Shown: positions 39,801 through 51,344 of the stretch, one piece after another
How the letters are laid out: each line of letters opens with the position of its first letter
Position numbering within the stretch: the stretch's first letter is position 1
Assembly: GCA_030390025.1 (NCBI GenBank)
Contig: CM059432.1
Span: 109,866,001 to 109,930,000 of the forward strand
Source of the DNA: Squalus acanthias
Taxonomy: Eukaryota
DNA length: 64,000 bases
Direction: 5' to 3'
Translations under genes and position numbers: made by a program
Notes under the pieces: generated by a model
What the model saw: only the letters and a program-made list of their open reading frames with translations
The model's database searches: none
What the model was told of the DNA's origin: nothing

Positions 39801-42705
39801 TGGCCACAGGGGAAGTGTCAAAGGACTGGAGGACAGCTAACGTAGTACCATTACTCAAGAAGGGTAGTAGGGATAAACCAGGGAATTACAGGCCAGTGAG
39901 CCCATCAGTGGTAGGGAAATTATTGGAAAAAATTCTGAGGGACAGAATTAGTCTCCACTTGGAGAGGCAAGGATTAATCAAGCATGGCTTTTTGTCAAGG
40001 GGAGATCATGTCTAACCAATTTGATTGAATTTTGCAAGGGGGTGACTAGGTGTGTGGATGAGGGTAGTGTAGTTGATGTAGTCTACATGGACTTCAGTAA
40101 GGCTTTTGACAAAGTCCCCATGGGAGACTGGTCAAGAAGGTAAGAGCCCATGGGATCCAGGGCAATTTGGCACATTGGATCCAAAATTGGTTTAGTGGCA
40201 GGAGGCAGAGAGTGATGGTTGAAGGTTGTTTGTGTGACTGGAAGCCTGTGTTCAGTGGTGTACCGCAGGGATTGGTGCTGGGTCCTTTGCTGTTTATAGT
40301 GTACATTAAAGGAAAAAAAGGGAGACGAATGACAGATACCGAGGGCTAAATACTCCAGAATCTTTAGGAGTACAGAAATTAAAAAGGATATTAGGAAAGC
40401 AAAGGGAGAGCATGAAAAATTTGTGGCAAGTAAAATCAAGGAAAACCTAAAGATGTTTTATAAATATATTAAGAGCAAGAGGATAACTAAAGAAAGGGTC
40501 GGGCCTATTGGAGATCATGAGGGTAATCTGTGTGTGGAGGTGGGAGACATCGGTAGGGTTCTTAATGAATACTTTGCGTCTGTTTTCACAAAGGAGAGGG
40601 GTGAAGCAGATATTGCTATCGGGGGAGGAGTGTGAAATATTAGATGAAATAAACATAGTGGGAGAGGAAGTATTAAGGGGTTTAGCAGCTTTAAAAGTGG
40701 ATAAATCCCCAGGCCCGGATGAAATGTATCCCAGGCTGTTAAGCGAAGCAAAAGAGGAAATAGCAGAGGCGCTGACCATCATTTTTCAATCCTCTCTGGC
40801 TTCAGGTGTGGTGCCAGAGGACTGCTAATGTGGTACCCTTGTTTAAAAAGGGAGAAAAGGATAGACCGAGCAATTACAGGCCAGGCAGCCTAACCTCGGT
40901 GGTGGGAAAATTATTGGAAAGAATTCTGAAGGACAGGATAAATCTTCATTTAGAAAGACACTGATTAATCAAGGATAGTCAGCACGGATTTGTTAAGGGA
41001 AGGTCGTGTCTGACAAACTTGATTGAACTTTTTGAGGAGGTGACAAGGAGGGTAGATGAGGGTAGTGCGTTTGATGTAGTGTATATGGACTTTAGCAAGG
41101 CTTTTGATAAGGTTCCACATGGCAGTCTGGTCACGAAGTTAAAAGCCCATGGGATCCAGGGCAAAGTGTCAAGTTAGATTCAAAACTGGCTCGGAGGCAG
41201 GAAGCAGAGGGTAATGGTTGATGGGTGTTTGTGACTGGAAGGCTGTTTCCAGTGGGGTTCCGCAGGGCTCAGTACTAGGTCCCTTGCTATTTGTGGTATA
41301 TATAGACTTGAATATAGGGGGTATGATTAAGAAGTTTGCAGAGGATACTAAAATTGGCTGTGTGGTTGATACAGGAAACTTTCGTTTATCCGGCATCGAC
41401 GGGACCGGCGTGGTGCCGGTTTATCGAAAGTACCGGATAACAGAGAGTTATATCTACCAAGGCTATTTTTAACAAAGAGACTCCAAGCAGCACGGGAGAA
41501 TCTACTCATGCTACTGCAATGTTTCGGACTTGCGACAGCGCCAGGAGGCCGAGTAGTGGCACTTTTGAAAAGTACCCCTACTGACTAAATCGGCGTTCGC
41601 GGACTCGGACTCGGGATCGGCAACATTGCCGGTTATTTGAGAGGATTTTTCGGAGCACTCGGCGTTCGCGGAGACTCGACTGCGACTCGGCAACATTGCC
41701 GGTTATTTGAGAGGAGTTTTCGGAGGATGATTTTTGCCGGTTAAGCGAGAATTCCGGATATTTGGGTGCCGGATAAACGAAAGTTTCCTGTACTGAAGGA
41801 AGCTGTAGACTGCAGGAAGATATCAATAAATTGGGCAGAACAGTGGCAAATGGAATCCTTTATCCTACCCTGTACGTCTCCAGACATCCACGGGGCTCTA
41901 GATTTGTTAGTCCCACCTTTTTTCTTTAAGGGCACATATTTGGTCTGAACCCTCTGGATCTCCTCCTTGAATGCCTCCCACTGCTCTGACACTGATTTGC
42001 CTTCAAGTAGCTGTTTCCAGTCCACTCAGGCTAAATCCCCTCTGAGCTTAGCAAAATTTGCTTTTCCCCCCCAATTTAGAATTTTTATTCCTGGTCTATC
42101 CTTGTCCTTTTCCATAACTACCTTAAATCTAACTGAATTATGGTCACTAGCACCAAAATGCTCCCCCACTGATATGCCTTCTACCTGCCCAGCTTCATTC
42201 CCTAAAACTAAGTCCAGAACCGCTCCCTCCCTTGCTGGGCTTGCTGCATACTGGCTAAAAAAGCTCTCCTGGATGCTTTAGGAATTCCGCACCCTCTATA
42301 CCCTTCACACTAATTTTATCCCAGTTAATATTGGGATAGTTGAAATCCCCTATTACTGCCCTATAGTTTTTGCACTTCAGAAGTTTGTCTACATATTTGT
42401 TCTTCTATCTCCCTCTCTCTGTTTGGGGGTCTCCCAGCAGTGTGATCACCCCTTTTTGGTTTTTCCAATTAGACCCATATGGCCTCATTTTATGATCCCT
42501 TCAACAGATCATCCCTCTTCACAGCTGTAATAGTTTCTTTAATCAATACCGTGACCACCCCCCCCTCCCTTTTTACCTCCCTCTCTATCCAGTCTGAAAA
42601 TCCTGAAACCAGGAATGTTGAGCGCCATACCTGCCCCTCTTTCAGCCACGTCTCTGTAATAGCTATATCATAGTCCCAAGTATCTACCTGTGCCCTCAGC
42701 TCATC
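36873..42705. mobile_element. Composite rearranged CR1 block (- 36873-37250; + 37250-40306 with ORF1; + 40307-41855; - 41856-42705)
   Basis: ORF-track fragments of ORF1 (37377..38283), EN and RT in alternating orientation. Flanked by ATTCA at 36868-36872 and 42706-42710 inside one L2. Confidence 0.85.
41372..41790. mobile_element. Tc1/mariner (pogo/Tigger-like) MITE, copy 2
   Basis: Perfect 24-bp TIR CAGGAAACTTTCGTTTATCCGGCA; TA TSD at 41370-41371 and 41791-41792. Confidence 0.93.
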
Positions 42706-43860
42706 ATTCAAACATGGAATTGCAGGAAAGATGGGCACGGATTTGAGGGGCGACAACACGTTCAAGAACTTCGGAGAAGAAAGGGAGGTTGGAGATGGGG
42801 CAGTAGTTTCCAAGGACGGAGGGATCAAGGTTTGTTTTTTTGAGGAGAGGGATGATGACGGAAGATTTGAGGGCGAGGATGGCAGATTTCAGGGAGAGGG
42901 GGGACTTTACCTGAGGAGAGAGAACTGTTAACAATATCAGCCAGAAAGGGAACTTGGGTGGTCAGCAGTTTGGTGGGAATAGGGTCAAGGGAGCAGGAGG
43001 TGGGTCTCAGACAAGATGAGCGCAGAGGGGTCATGAGGGGAGATCGGAGAGAAACTGGAGAAAGACGTGAGTTCAGGACTAGGGCAGGGGGGGAACCTTA
43101 GAGGAAGTTTGGCCCAGTGGGCTGGGGAAGGACAGGAAGTGGTAGAGGCAGCTGAATGGATGGTCTCAATCTTAGAGACAAAGTCCATGAGCTCCTCACA
43201 CTTGTTGTCAGAGGTGAGGGTGGAGGAGACAAGGGTTTAAGACGACGGTTAGCAGTAGAGAATGGGAGCCAGGGTTTATCTCTGCATTCCAGAATGATTC
43301 TGGAATAGTGAGCAAGTTTGGCAGACGAGAGCAGGCACCGATAGTGCTTTATGTGGTCCAGCCAGATCTGGCAGTGAATGGCTAAACCAGTTGTCCACCA
43401 TATCCGTTCGAGTGTGCGTCCCTTTGACTTAAGGGAGCGAACATGAGAACTGTACCAGTGGGAACAGCCAGGGTGAGAGGTTAATTATTTTAGTAGGGAC
43501 TAGGGCATCAAAGATAGTGGCGAGGGTGTGGTTGAGCAGATCGGTAGCTGCAGAAATGTCATGGTGAATGGAGGGCCAGAGGCTGGACAGTTGGGATTTC
43601 ATAAGTGCAGTTGCAAGAGTGTTTTTTCCAGGGGCGGACACAGAAGGAAGTGGGGGGGGGGGGGGGGGGAAATGTGGGTGGAGAGCGATACGAGGAAATG
43701 GTCAGAGATGGACTTATCTGCAATTGGCACGAAGGGAGTAGTGAGGCCACGAGAGATGGCAAGGTCGAGGGGGTGGCCGTGAATATGGGTTGGGGAGATT
43801 ACATGGAGGGAGAGATTAAGGGAGGATAGGAGGCTAGTGAACTCAGAGGAGAGAGCGCGC
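42706..43860 (-). mobile_element. L2 LINE, 5' part (EN/RT fragments)
   Basis: PLLKKTNLDPSVLGNYCPISNLPF, CSLDPIPTKLL, PTHIHGHPLDL...SDH. Confidence 0.85.
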
Positions 43861-44044
43861 ATGATGAATTGAGGCAAATAGCTTAGATGCTTTCAAAAAG
43901 CAAACTAGATGAGTACTTGAGAGAAAAGGGAATAGAAAAATATGCTGAGATGAGGTAGATGGAATGGGCTGAATTTCCAGTTTCTGTGCTGTATATTCTG
44001 TGTAATTCTTTCACTCAAGTTATCACCCAGTTTAACTCTATACA

Positions 44045-44340
44045 ATTTTTTTCCAGCTTTGTTCTTGGGATGTAGGCAACAGTCAAGGCAGCATTTATTG
44101 TTTCCGAGGACATTAAGAATCAAACAATGCTGGACATTGTGGAGTCACATAAGCCAGATTGGGCAAGGGTGGCAGGTTCCCTTCCCTGAAGGCCATTAAT
44201 GACCCAGTTGCTCTTTTAATGATAATCCGGCAGCTGACAAATGATCAGATTTTTAAAAATTTCAATTTCACAACTTGCCATGGTAGGGTTTGAACTCTTG
44301 ACCTCTAGCCTAGGCTAATTGTTACACAACTACTGCTGCT
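44045..44340 (-). mobile_element. Old tRNA-derived SINE: head + conserved core + LINE tail
   Basis: Minus strand reads gagttcaaaccctaccatggca (B box), then ccttcagggaagggaacctgccaccctt...tgtgactcca (core), then caataaatgctgccttg...catcccaagaa (tail). Confidence 0.7.
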
Positions 44341-44481
44341 GTAATGGAGATCTGCTAACATATACTAGGGTCCAAGTCTGGGACATTCCTGGTCTCTGGC
44401 TCATTTAACCAATTAGAGGACATGGTTGAACAGGCAATCTGATAATCTAACTCATTTGATCCATCTCCTTGCAAACACAAT

Positions 44482-45222
44482 GGCCTAGAAATTTGCCTCT
44501 CCGGCTTGCCGCGGGGGTAAGGATCGCGCGTGCTCTTACCCACCGCGCCTGCTGTTGTGTTTTGGGCCCACAGGAACTTCGGGTCCTGGGCCTCTCCCAA
44601 GAGCCGGCGCGCAGTGCTTGCGTGTTCCAGGGGCGCAGTTAATGCGATGCGACCCCTGGGATCACGTGGGCCATGGAGAGCCAATGGCAGCAGACCATCT
44701 TTCATTCATAGATTTGACAGGAGACCTGTCAAATCTGTGAATTGAAATCGGCCCCAAAAGAACAGCTAAACCTCATAATTTTTCTTTTTAAAACCATCAC
44801 ATTTATAAAATAGTTAAATAAATTAACCACTTTAAACAAAAATTTAAATTTTTGAAAAAATTAAAACACTTTAAAAGTTATAAAAATAAACTTACCTTTC
44901 TTTAAAGTCTCTAAAAAAGATAAAACTGTTGAAAAAATTTAAAATTATACTTAATTAACTTACCTTGTTCAAAAGGGGTCTTACGCCTCCTTTTTACTAG
45001 CGTAGAATCTTCAATACTTACCCTCGCGTTGAAACCTGAAAAAAAATCTAAGTTTGCTGCATGCGCGCAGCCTCTAGCGCGCACGCGGTTCACCTAGGAA
45101 CCGCCCCCTTCACCATACCGGAAGTGCCGGTTTCCCGCGCATGCAGGTAACCGGCACTTCGAGAATGAATACGGGTGAGTACGCACTGAGTACTCACCCG
45201 GGAACGGCCGAATTTTTGGGCC
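44482..45222. mobile_element. 741-bp non-autonomous DNA transposon, PIF/Harbinger-like
   Basis: TIRs GGCCTAGAAATTTG / GGCCCAAAAATTCG match 11/14. 3-bp direct flanks AAT (44479-44481, 45223-45225). GC/CpG-rich arms around an AT-rich core. Confidence 0.7.
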
Positions 45223-46955
45223 AATATGCCACAGTATAGAAACCAGAGTGAAAAGACCACGACTTAATTTTGGGTCACCTCAGAGCAAAAAAGCATTTGT
45301 CAACTCAGGTACTTCACTCAAATAATGATTAAGCACGTAGATGATTTGGAAGTGACTAAGAGGTTTCTCATGCAGTATCCAAATGATATGGCCACAGCAT
45401 GAGCAGAACAGACTTTTTCTTATAGCTCAAGAGTTCAACGAGATGCATTCTACTACCCATCTATGTATGCATTCCCAAACATTACTTACAGGTTGCCTAT
45501 TTTCATGCAAAACTAATCCAATTTATTAGACTTAGTGTCAGTACCAATGTACTAGAGAAACAAATTTACTTAAAGCATGGTTCTGTTGATGCACCTCGTG
45601 ACAAGTTTAGAAGGTTATGACATAAGCTTGCACTACTGAGGGCTCTTCTAAGCCTCTAGAAGTATGAAAATCACACCAATTTTATACTTCACTAAACTCC
45701 CAGTGAGAACACAAACTATCAAAACTGAACCATGTCCTGGTTTTAGCTACACACTACCTTCTTTCCAGAGAAAATACATGGAAAGCACAATTTCAGCATC
45801 ATGATTTCTTAAGACAAATGAAATTCAATTACAATGAGGCATAAACGGGAGATGCAGCCTCAAGCACCATAGAGGGTGGATCCATCACCTCAGCATGGAG
45901 CTCTCCAATTACAAACAGAATAATCTTACAAATGAAGAAACTTAATTGTCTGGCCAGGCAATCTGCAGGACAACCCAGTAAAGCAGGCAGGATCCTTGCT
46001 TCTCTTTTCTAGCTCCTCAAACCAAACTTAAAAGATCAAACATCATTTTCATATTGCCGTCAGTATATACACACAACCATGTATCAGTGTCCCATAAGCA
46101 AAAGTATAATGTGCAAAATGGCTCCATAAAAATCTCAAATTTCAGTGATAAATTGAAGATCGCAGATAACTACAGGTTCAGATAGATCAGATCAAGTTTT
46201 AAATCTCCAGGTAGTATGACTAACTAAGCTTATTTTCCAGATACCACAATTTCTCTCACTCACTCAGCCTCCAGCTAGGTTAACAATACTGTGAACAAGG
46301 GCAGACGTCGATGACGAAGTCCAACACCGCCTTCAGTGTGCCTTCGGTCGCCTGAGGAAGAGTGTGTTTGAAGACCAGGACCTCAAACACAGCACCAAGC
46401 TCATGGTTTACAGAGCAGTAGTGATACTCGCCCTCCTTTGTGCTTCAGAGACATGAACCATGTACAGCAGGCACCTCAAAGCACTGGAGAGGTACCACCA
46501 ACGCTGCCTCCACAAGATCCTGCCAATCCACTGGCAGGATAGGCGCACCAATGTCAGTGTTCTCGCTCAGGCCAAGATCACCAGCATCGAAGCTTTGACC
46601 ACGCTCGATCAGCTCCGATGGATGGGCCACATCGTCCGCATGCCCGATACGAGACTCCCAAAACAAGTGTCCTACTCGGAGCTCCGACACGGCAAGAGAA
46701 CCCCAGTTGGGCAGAGGAAACGCTTCAAGGACACCCTCAAAGCCTCCTTGAAAAAGTGTAACATCCCCACCGACACCTGGGAATCCCTGGCCCAAGATCG
46801 CACAAAGTAGAGGAGAAGCATCCGGGAAGGCGGCGAACACAGAGTCTCTTCGCCGGGAGCAAGCGGAAGCCAAGCGTAAACAGCGGAAGGAGCGCACGTC
46901 AACCCAAGCACCCCACCCACTCGCCCCTTCAACCACCGTCGGCCCCACCTGTGAC

Positions 46956-49364
46956 TAGGGTTGCAAAATTCCGGGAATTTTTAAAAGAGGAAACTTTCCA
47001 TGGGAATTTTCAGGAATTTAGAGTTTTTTTGCACACTGATGGTTTTTGTCTCGGACCCTTATACAGTATTATCTTTGTCATCAAAATAGACATACTGTTC
47101 CATACAAATAAAAACAGATTTAGCCTGTAATTTGTCCTTATTTTGTCCCTTTGAGTCTTCTACTCATCATTGCTCCTCCTGATTCTCTGACTCTGGCGTG
47201 TCCATTTCCTCCTCTGTGTCACTGTCTAGCTGTGTGGTGGACACTTCTGTATCTGGCTCAATAAGTTGTAGGTTCACCTGGATAGCCACCAGTTTTTCCA
47301 CTCTCGTTAGTCAGCCTGTTGCGCACCTTTGTATGCATATTCCCAAAAAGTGACCAGTTTCGTTCAGAGGCCGCTGATGAAGGTGGGATTTGGAGTATTA
47401 CTGATGCAATGGGTGACAGGGCCTCAGATGCACAAAGTCCCTTCCACCAGGTATGTGCACTGATATGCTTGCATGATTCCCATATCCCATCCCCATTCCA
47501 AAGACCTTGCTTGGTAGAGAACTTTGCCAGACTTCCCAGAACTTTGCCCACATCCAGATTGAGGTGGCGTGAGGGTAGAAATCACACTAAGCACTGTTGA
47601 TCTGTTCTCCAGAAAGTATTGGTCTCCCAACATGCTTTGGGTCCAGCATGTATGCTGCAGCATGAACCGGCTTGACAAAATTCTTGACGCGTCTGTATGA
47701 ATTGAACAACTGCCTTCTCCTCTGCTTTGAGCAGCAGGGATGTGGGTAGGGCAATGCTGATTTGTTCTTTTAAATCAACAAAAAGCCTGAGAACATCTGA
47801 CAAGACAGCATCATCTCCTTCAATCTGAGCAATTGCAGATGCTACTGGTGAGAGTAGTTTAAGACTGCTAACCACTCTCCCAAAACACATCATCCAGCAG
47901 TATTTTCTTGATGGTGGTTTCCATATCCCCAGACTGGGATATTGCCATTTCTTGCAGCGACTCCTTACCCTCCAGAAGGCTGCTGTACATTATGACAATG
48001 CCACCCCATCTAGTATTGCTGGGCAGCTTCAGCGTGGTGTTCTTGTTCTTTGTCGTTTGCTTGGAGTTGTAGGTTGCTGCAACTACCTGTTTTCCCCCCG
48101 ACATACTTACCAACTTGCTTGGCTCTCTTGTACAGTGTTTCCATGGTTCTCAAACCCATGATGTCCTTGAGGAGCAGGTTGAGCCCATGAGCTGCGCACC
48201 CAATACACGTAATATGAGGGTAGGCCTCCTCCACTCGAGCCCAAGCAGCCTTCATATTCGCAGCATTGTCAGTAACTACTGCAAAGACCTTTTGTGATCC
48301 AAGATCGTTGATGACCACTTTCAGCTCAACAGCAATGTTTGTGCCTGTGTGTCTGTTGTCCTTCGTGTCTGTGCTCTTGAAAAACACTGGGAGACGATGT
48401 AGTTTATGATACCCTCCCCTCGTACATTTGACCACCTATCTGAGATAACTGCAACACAGTCTGCCATCTCTATCGTTTCTTTGAGCTTTCCTTGGACTCG
48501 GTTATACTTAGCCTCCAGCAATTAAGTAGACAAAGCATGTCTGGTGGGAGGACAGTATGCAGGGTGAATAACATTGAAAAATCTCTTCCAGTACACATTG
48601 GCTGTGAGCATGAGGGGTGAGCCTGTCGCATATACAGCTCGAGCAAGGCACTCATCTGCATTCTTCTGGCTATGGTTATCCATTGTATCAAAGAACCTTC
48701 CAAGTGGGCCAGGAGTTGCTGATAAGGAGCCTGATGCTAAATGTGAACCATCATCTTCTTGAATGGAAGCAGAAGAACTCTGGGCTGACTGCGGTGAGCT
48801 TTGAGTGAAGTTGTTGCATTTGGATAAATGCTGCTGCATCTTTGTGGCATTCTTTACATATGGCTTTGTAGAGTGTTTGCACATGTACACAGTCTTTCCA
48901 TCTTTAATGGCTGGTGTAAAATGCTTCCACACATCCGACGGTAAACGTGGCATTGTTCTATGCAGAGAAATAAAGGGCATTCGTCTGTGTCGAACTGCGG
49001 TCGATCAGCACGATTGCAACAGGGTGAGTAAATTTTTCCTGATGCTCCATGTGATGGAAGCATGACCTGTGCACGCACGACGCTACATCAGCAGAGGGAG
49101 CTAATCGCTCATCCAACCAATCAGGACATTTGTTCAGTCACACAAAACTTGTAATTATTAAAACAAGCCAAGTAAGAAGATAAACATATATTGATTAAGA
49201 AATTCCTTAATAATTAAGATTCCATCTCTGTTAGTAATTTTAAGAGAGGACCTGTGGAAAAAAAAAATACAAAAAAGCGCTAGCATGTGCTTTTTTGGGC
49301 AAAATTCCCATGCTAAACTTCCCGTGGAAAATTTCTGGAAACTTTCTACCCCTTCGCAACCCTA
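46956..49364 (-). mobile_element. Full-length hAT DNA transposon (2409 bp)
   Basis: TIRs TAGGGTTGC(A/G)AA; 8-bp TSD CCTGTGAC (46948-46955, 49365-49372); subterminal ggaaattt/ggaaactttc repeats at both ends. Confidence 0.95.
47167..48953 (-). pseudogene. hAT transposase, frameshifted (BED finger, DUF659-like region, hATC dimerisation domain)
   Basis: MPRLPSDVWKHF...C...HLSKC, ISDRWSNV, VTDNAANM, CAAHGLNL, NTRW, IPPSSAASERNWS, and an acidic tail ending TGA at 47167-47169. Several frameshifts. Confidence 0.92.
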
Positions 49365-51344
49365 CCTGTGACAGAGACTGTAGGTCCCGCATTGGACTCA
49401 GTCACCTGAGAACTCATTTTTAGTGTAGAAGCAAGTCATCCTCAGTTCCGAGGGACTGCCTAAGGAGGAGAGGTTAACAATGCAAGAAGGAACTAGAGTG
49501 CCACAAAAAAGACATGAACTTGTGCAAGGAAAGTTTTGGAGAATAGTGGCAGAAGGTTGCAGGTATTTTATATTAATTTGGAAACGAATATTTGAAGATG
49601 TGAGAGTTGAGCAATTTTAGAAATCACATACAAGTGGTATGTAAAATGAAACCTCGTCTAGACATCTGCAGCCTAGCCTCCCTCTAATAAAGAACTGAAG
49701 CTCATCTTACCAAGAGGCAACAATAATTAAGAATTGCACAAAGAAGCCTCAGGGGGAAGATCAATTAAATGCAGAAGTCTCCAGCAAAGACCAGAATTAA
49801 TATGCTACACTGACAGCCTCTACTGTACACATTGATTCCACCTATGTGGAAAATTATTTCCCCTATTTTTAGAAATGGTAATAGAACCATCCCATCTAAT
49901 TAGCTTAATAAGCATTGCTGTAAAACTACTCATTAGGTGGAAAAAGGTTTTGAAGAACACAAAAGAATTGGACAAATTTCAATCATTCTTGCTCTATTTT
50001 AGATGTGTATAAAATGCCAAATAAGTAGACAAATGATCCACGTCAGCAGCCAGAATGCTCTCTACATCTGAAATCTTGTGAAATGCGACGATTGCCCTGA
50101 AATAGTTTCCCTCATCTAAGCATCCGAGTTGAATCCCCTGTCCAGCCACAAAAAGTTGAACAATCTTTTCCCCTTCCCCACACAGTTGGATCCCCAATTA
50201 TGAACTGATGTTGGTGAGCTGGGCCAGGATCATTGGACTAAAAAGTTGATTGTTTATAGTATACTTGCTGGGAAGGACCTGGTTTCTGGACTTTTGGAAC
50301 TTGGTGCTCTGACACCCAAGAATGAGCCATGAATTGGCTACTGATTGAGCCATTCCAGCTGTTGTCCATCACATGGTATTTTATCTTTTCTTAATTGCAG
50401 TACTTGCTTTGAGGCATCCCTGGTGATTCCTAAAATCTTCCAATCAATCGGCTCATCAAAAAGAAATGCGCACTCGGAGCATTTGTAGCACCTAGTTTCA
50501 AAGTTCCACCAATAAACTCAACATCCGCAACCAAAGAAAACTCCATTCAAGAATGCTTTGGGCATTCATCATATGTTGATGCTGCTGCAGACTGCTGGCT
50601 TAGATGAGGAACTCTACTGGGAGAGAATATTCATTAATTTCCAAACATCTTTTAACATTGAAATTTGCCTAGTGTATTTGGTTAAAGGTTGTGCACATTT
50701 GCACTAAAAAAAAACTTCAAACTCTTGGGGTTCAGGTCTTAGCACACATTCTTATATGGTAAGCCATCATGTAATCCATCAAAGTGCGTACGTACTCAAA
50801 GCTCAGCAGTTGCTATATATTTCTCTATATCACTTGGAGGAGGAAGGAAGAGGAGGAACAGATTGGAAGTAGCGGAGAAGGGTCCAATCGTCAAAGAGAA
50901 CAGCCTTTGGGAAATAGAAAGTTACGCTCCCTAAGTTGAAACTTCCAGGACTGTTGCATTCAGAGTATGAGTCACTCTGGAGTTCCATGCAAGTGGAGAG
51001 ATGTGATGGGGAAATCTCTAGTGGGCAATCTTCCTCTGATCACGACCAACACTCAAACATGTCCCTCAATAATAAAAGGATTCCTCTGGCGCCACATTAA
51101 AAGGGGCTACAGCTATTAAGTGAATGGCAGAAGAAACAATGCAATGTCTTCCGAAAGGTTTCTAATTAAGTTTTTAAGAAAACTCCCTAAGACTACTGGG
51201 CAACTTTGAATTCGGAAAAGTGACGATGGACAAAAATCATCCAGCATCCTCAATGGACAAGCAGAATACAGTTCCAAAGTATCTAGAGGATGAGGTGACT
51301 GAAAACATCACCCAAGGAACATTATCTGGCAACTCTGGATGACA

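Larger units (their letters stand above)
46288..49470 (+). mobile_element. 5'-truncated RTE LINE carrying a nested hAT transposon
   Basis: ORF 46460..46810 (LRWMGHIVRMPDTRLPKQV, GQRKRFKDTLK). C-terminal zinc-finger remnant split by the hAT. 11-bp TSD AGGTTAACAAT at 46277-46287 and 49471-49481. Confidence 0.92.
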
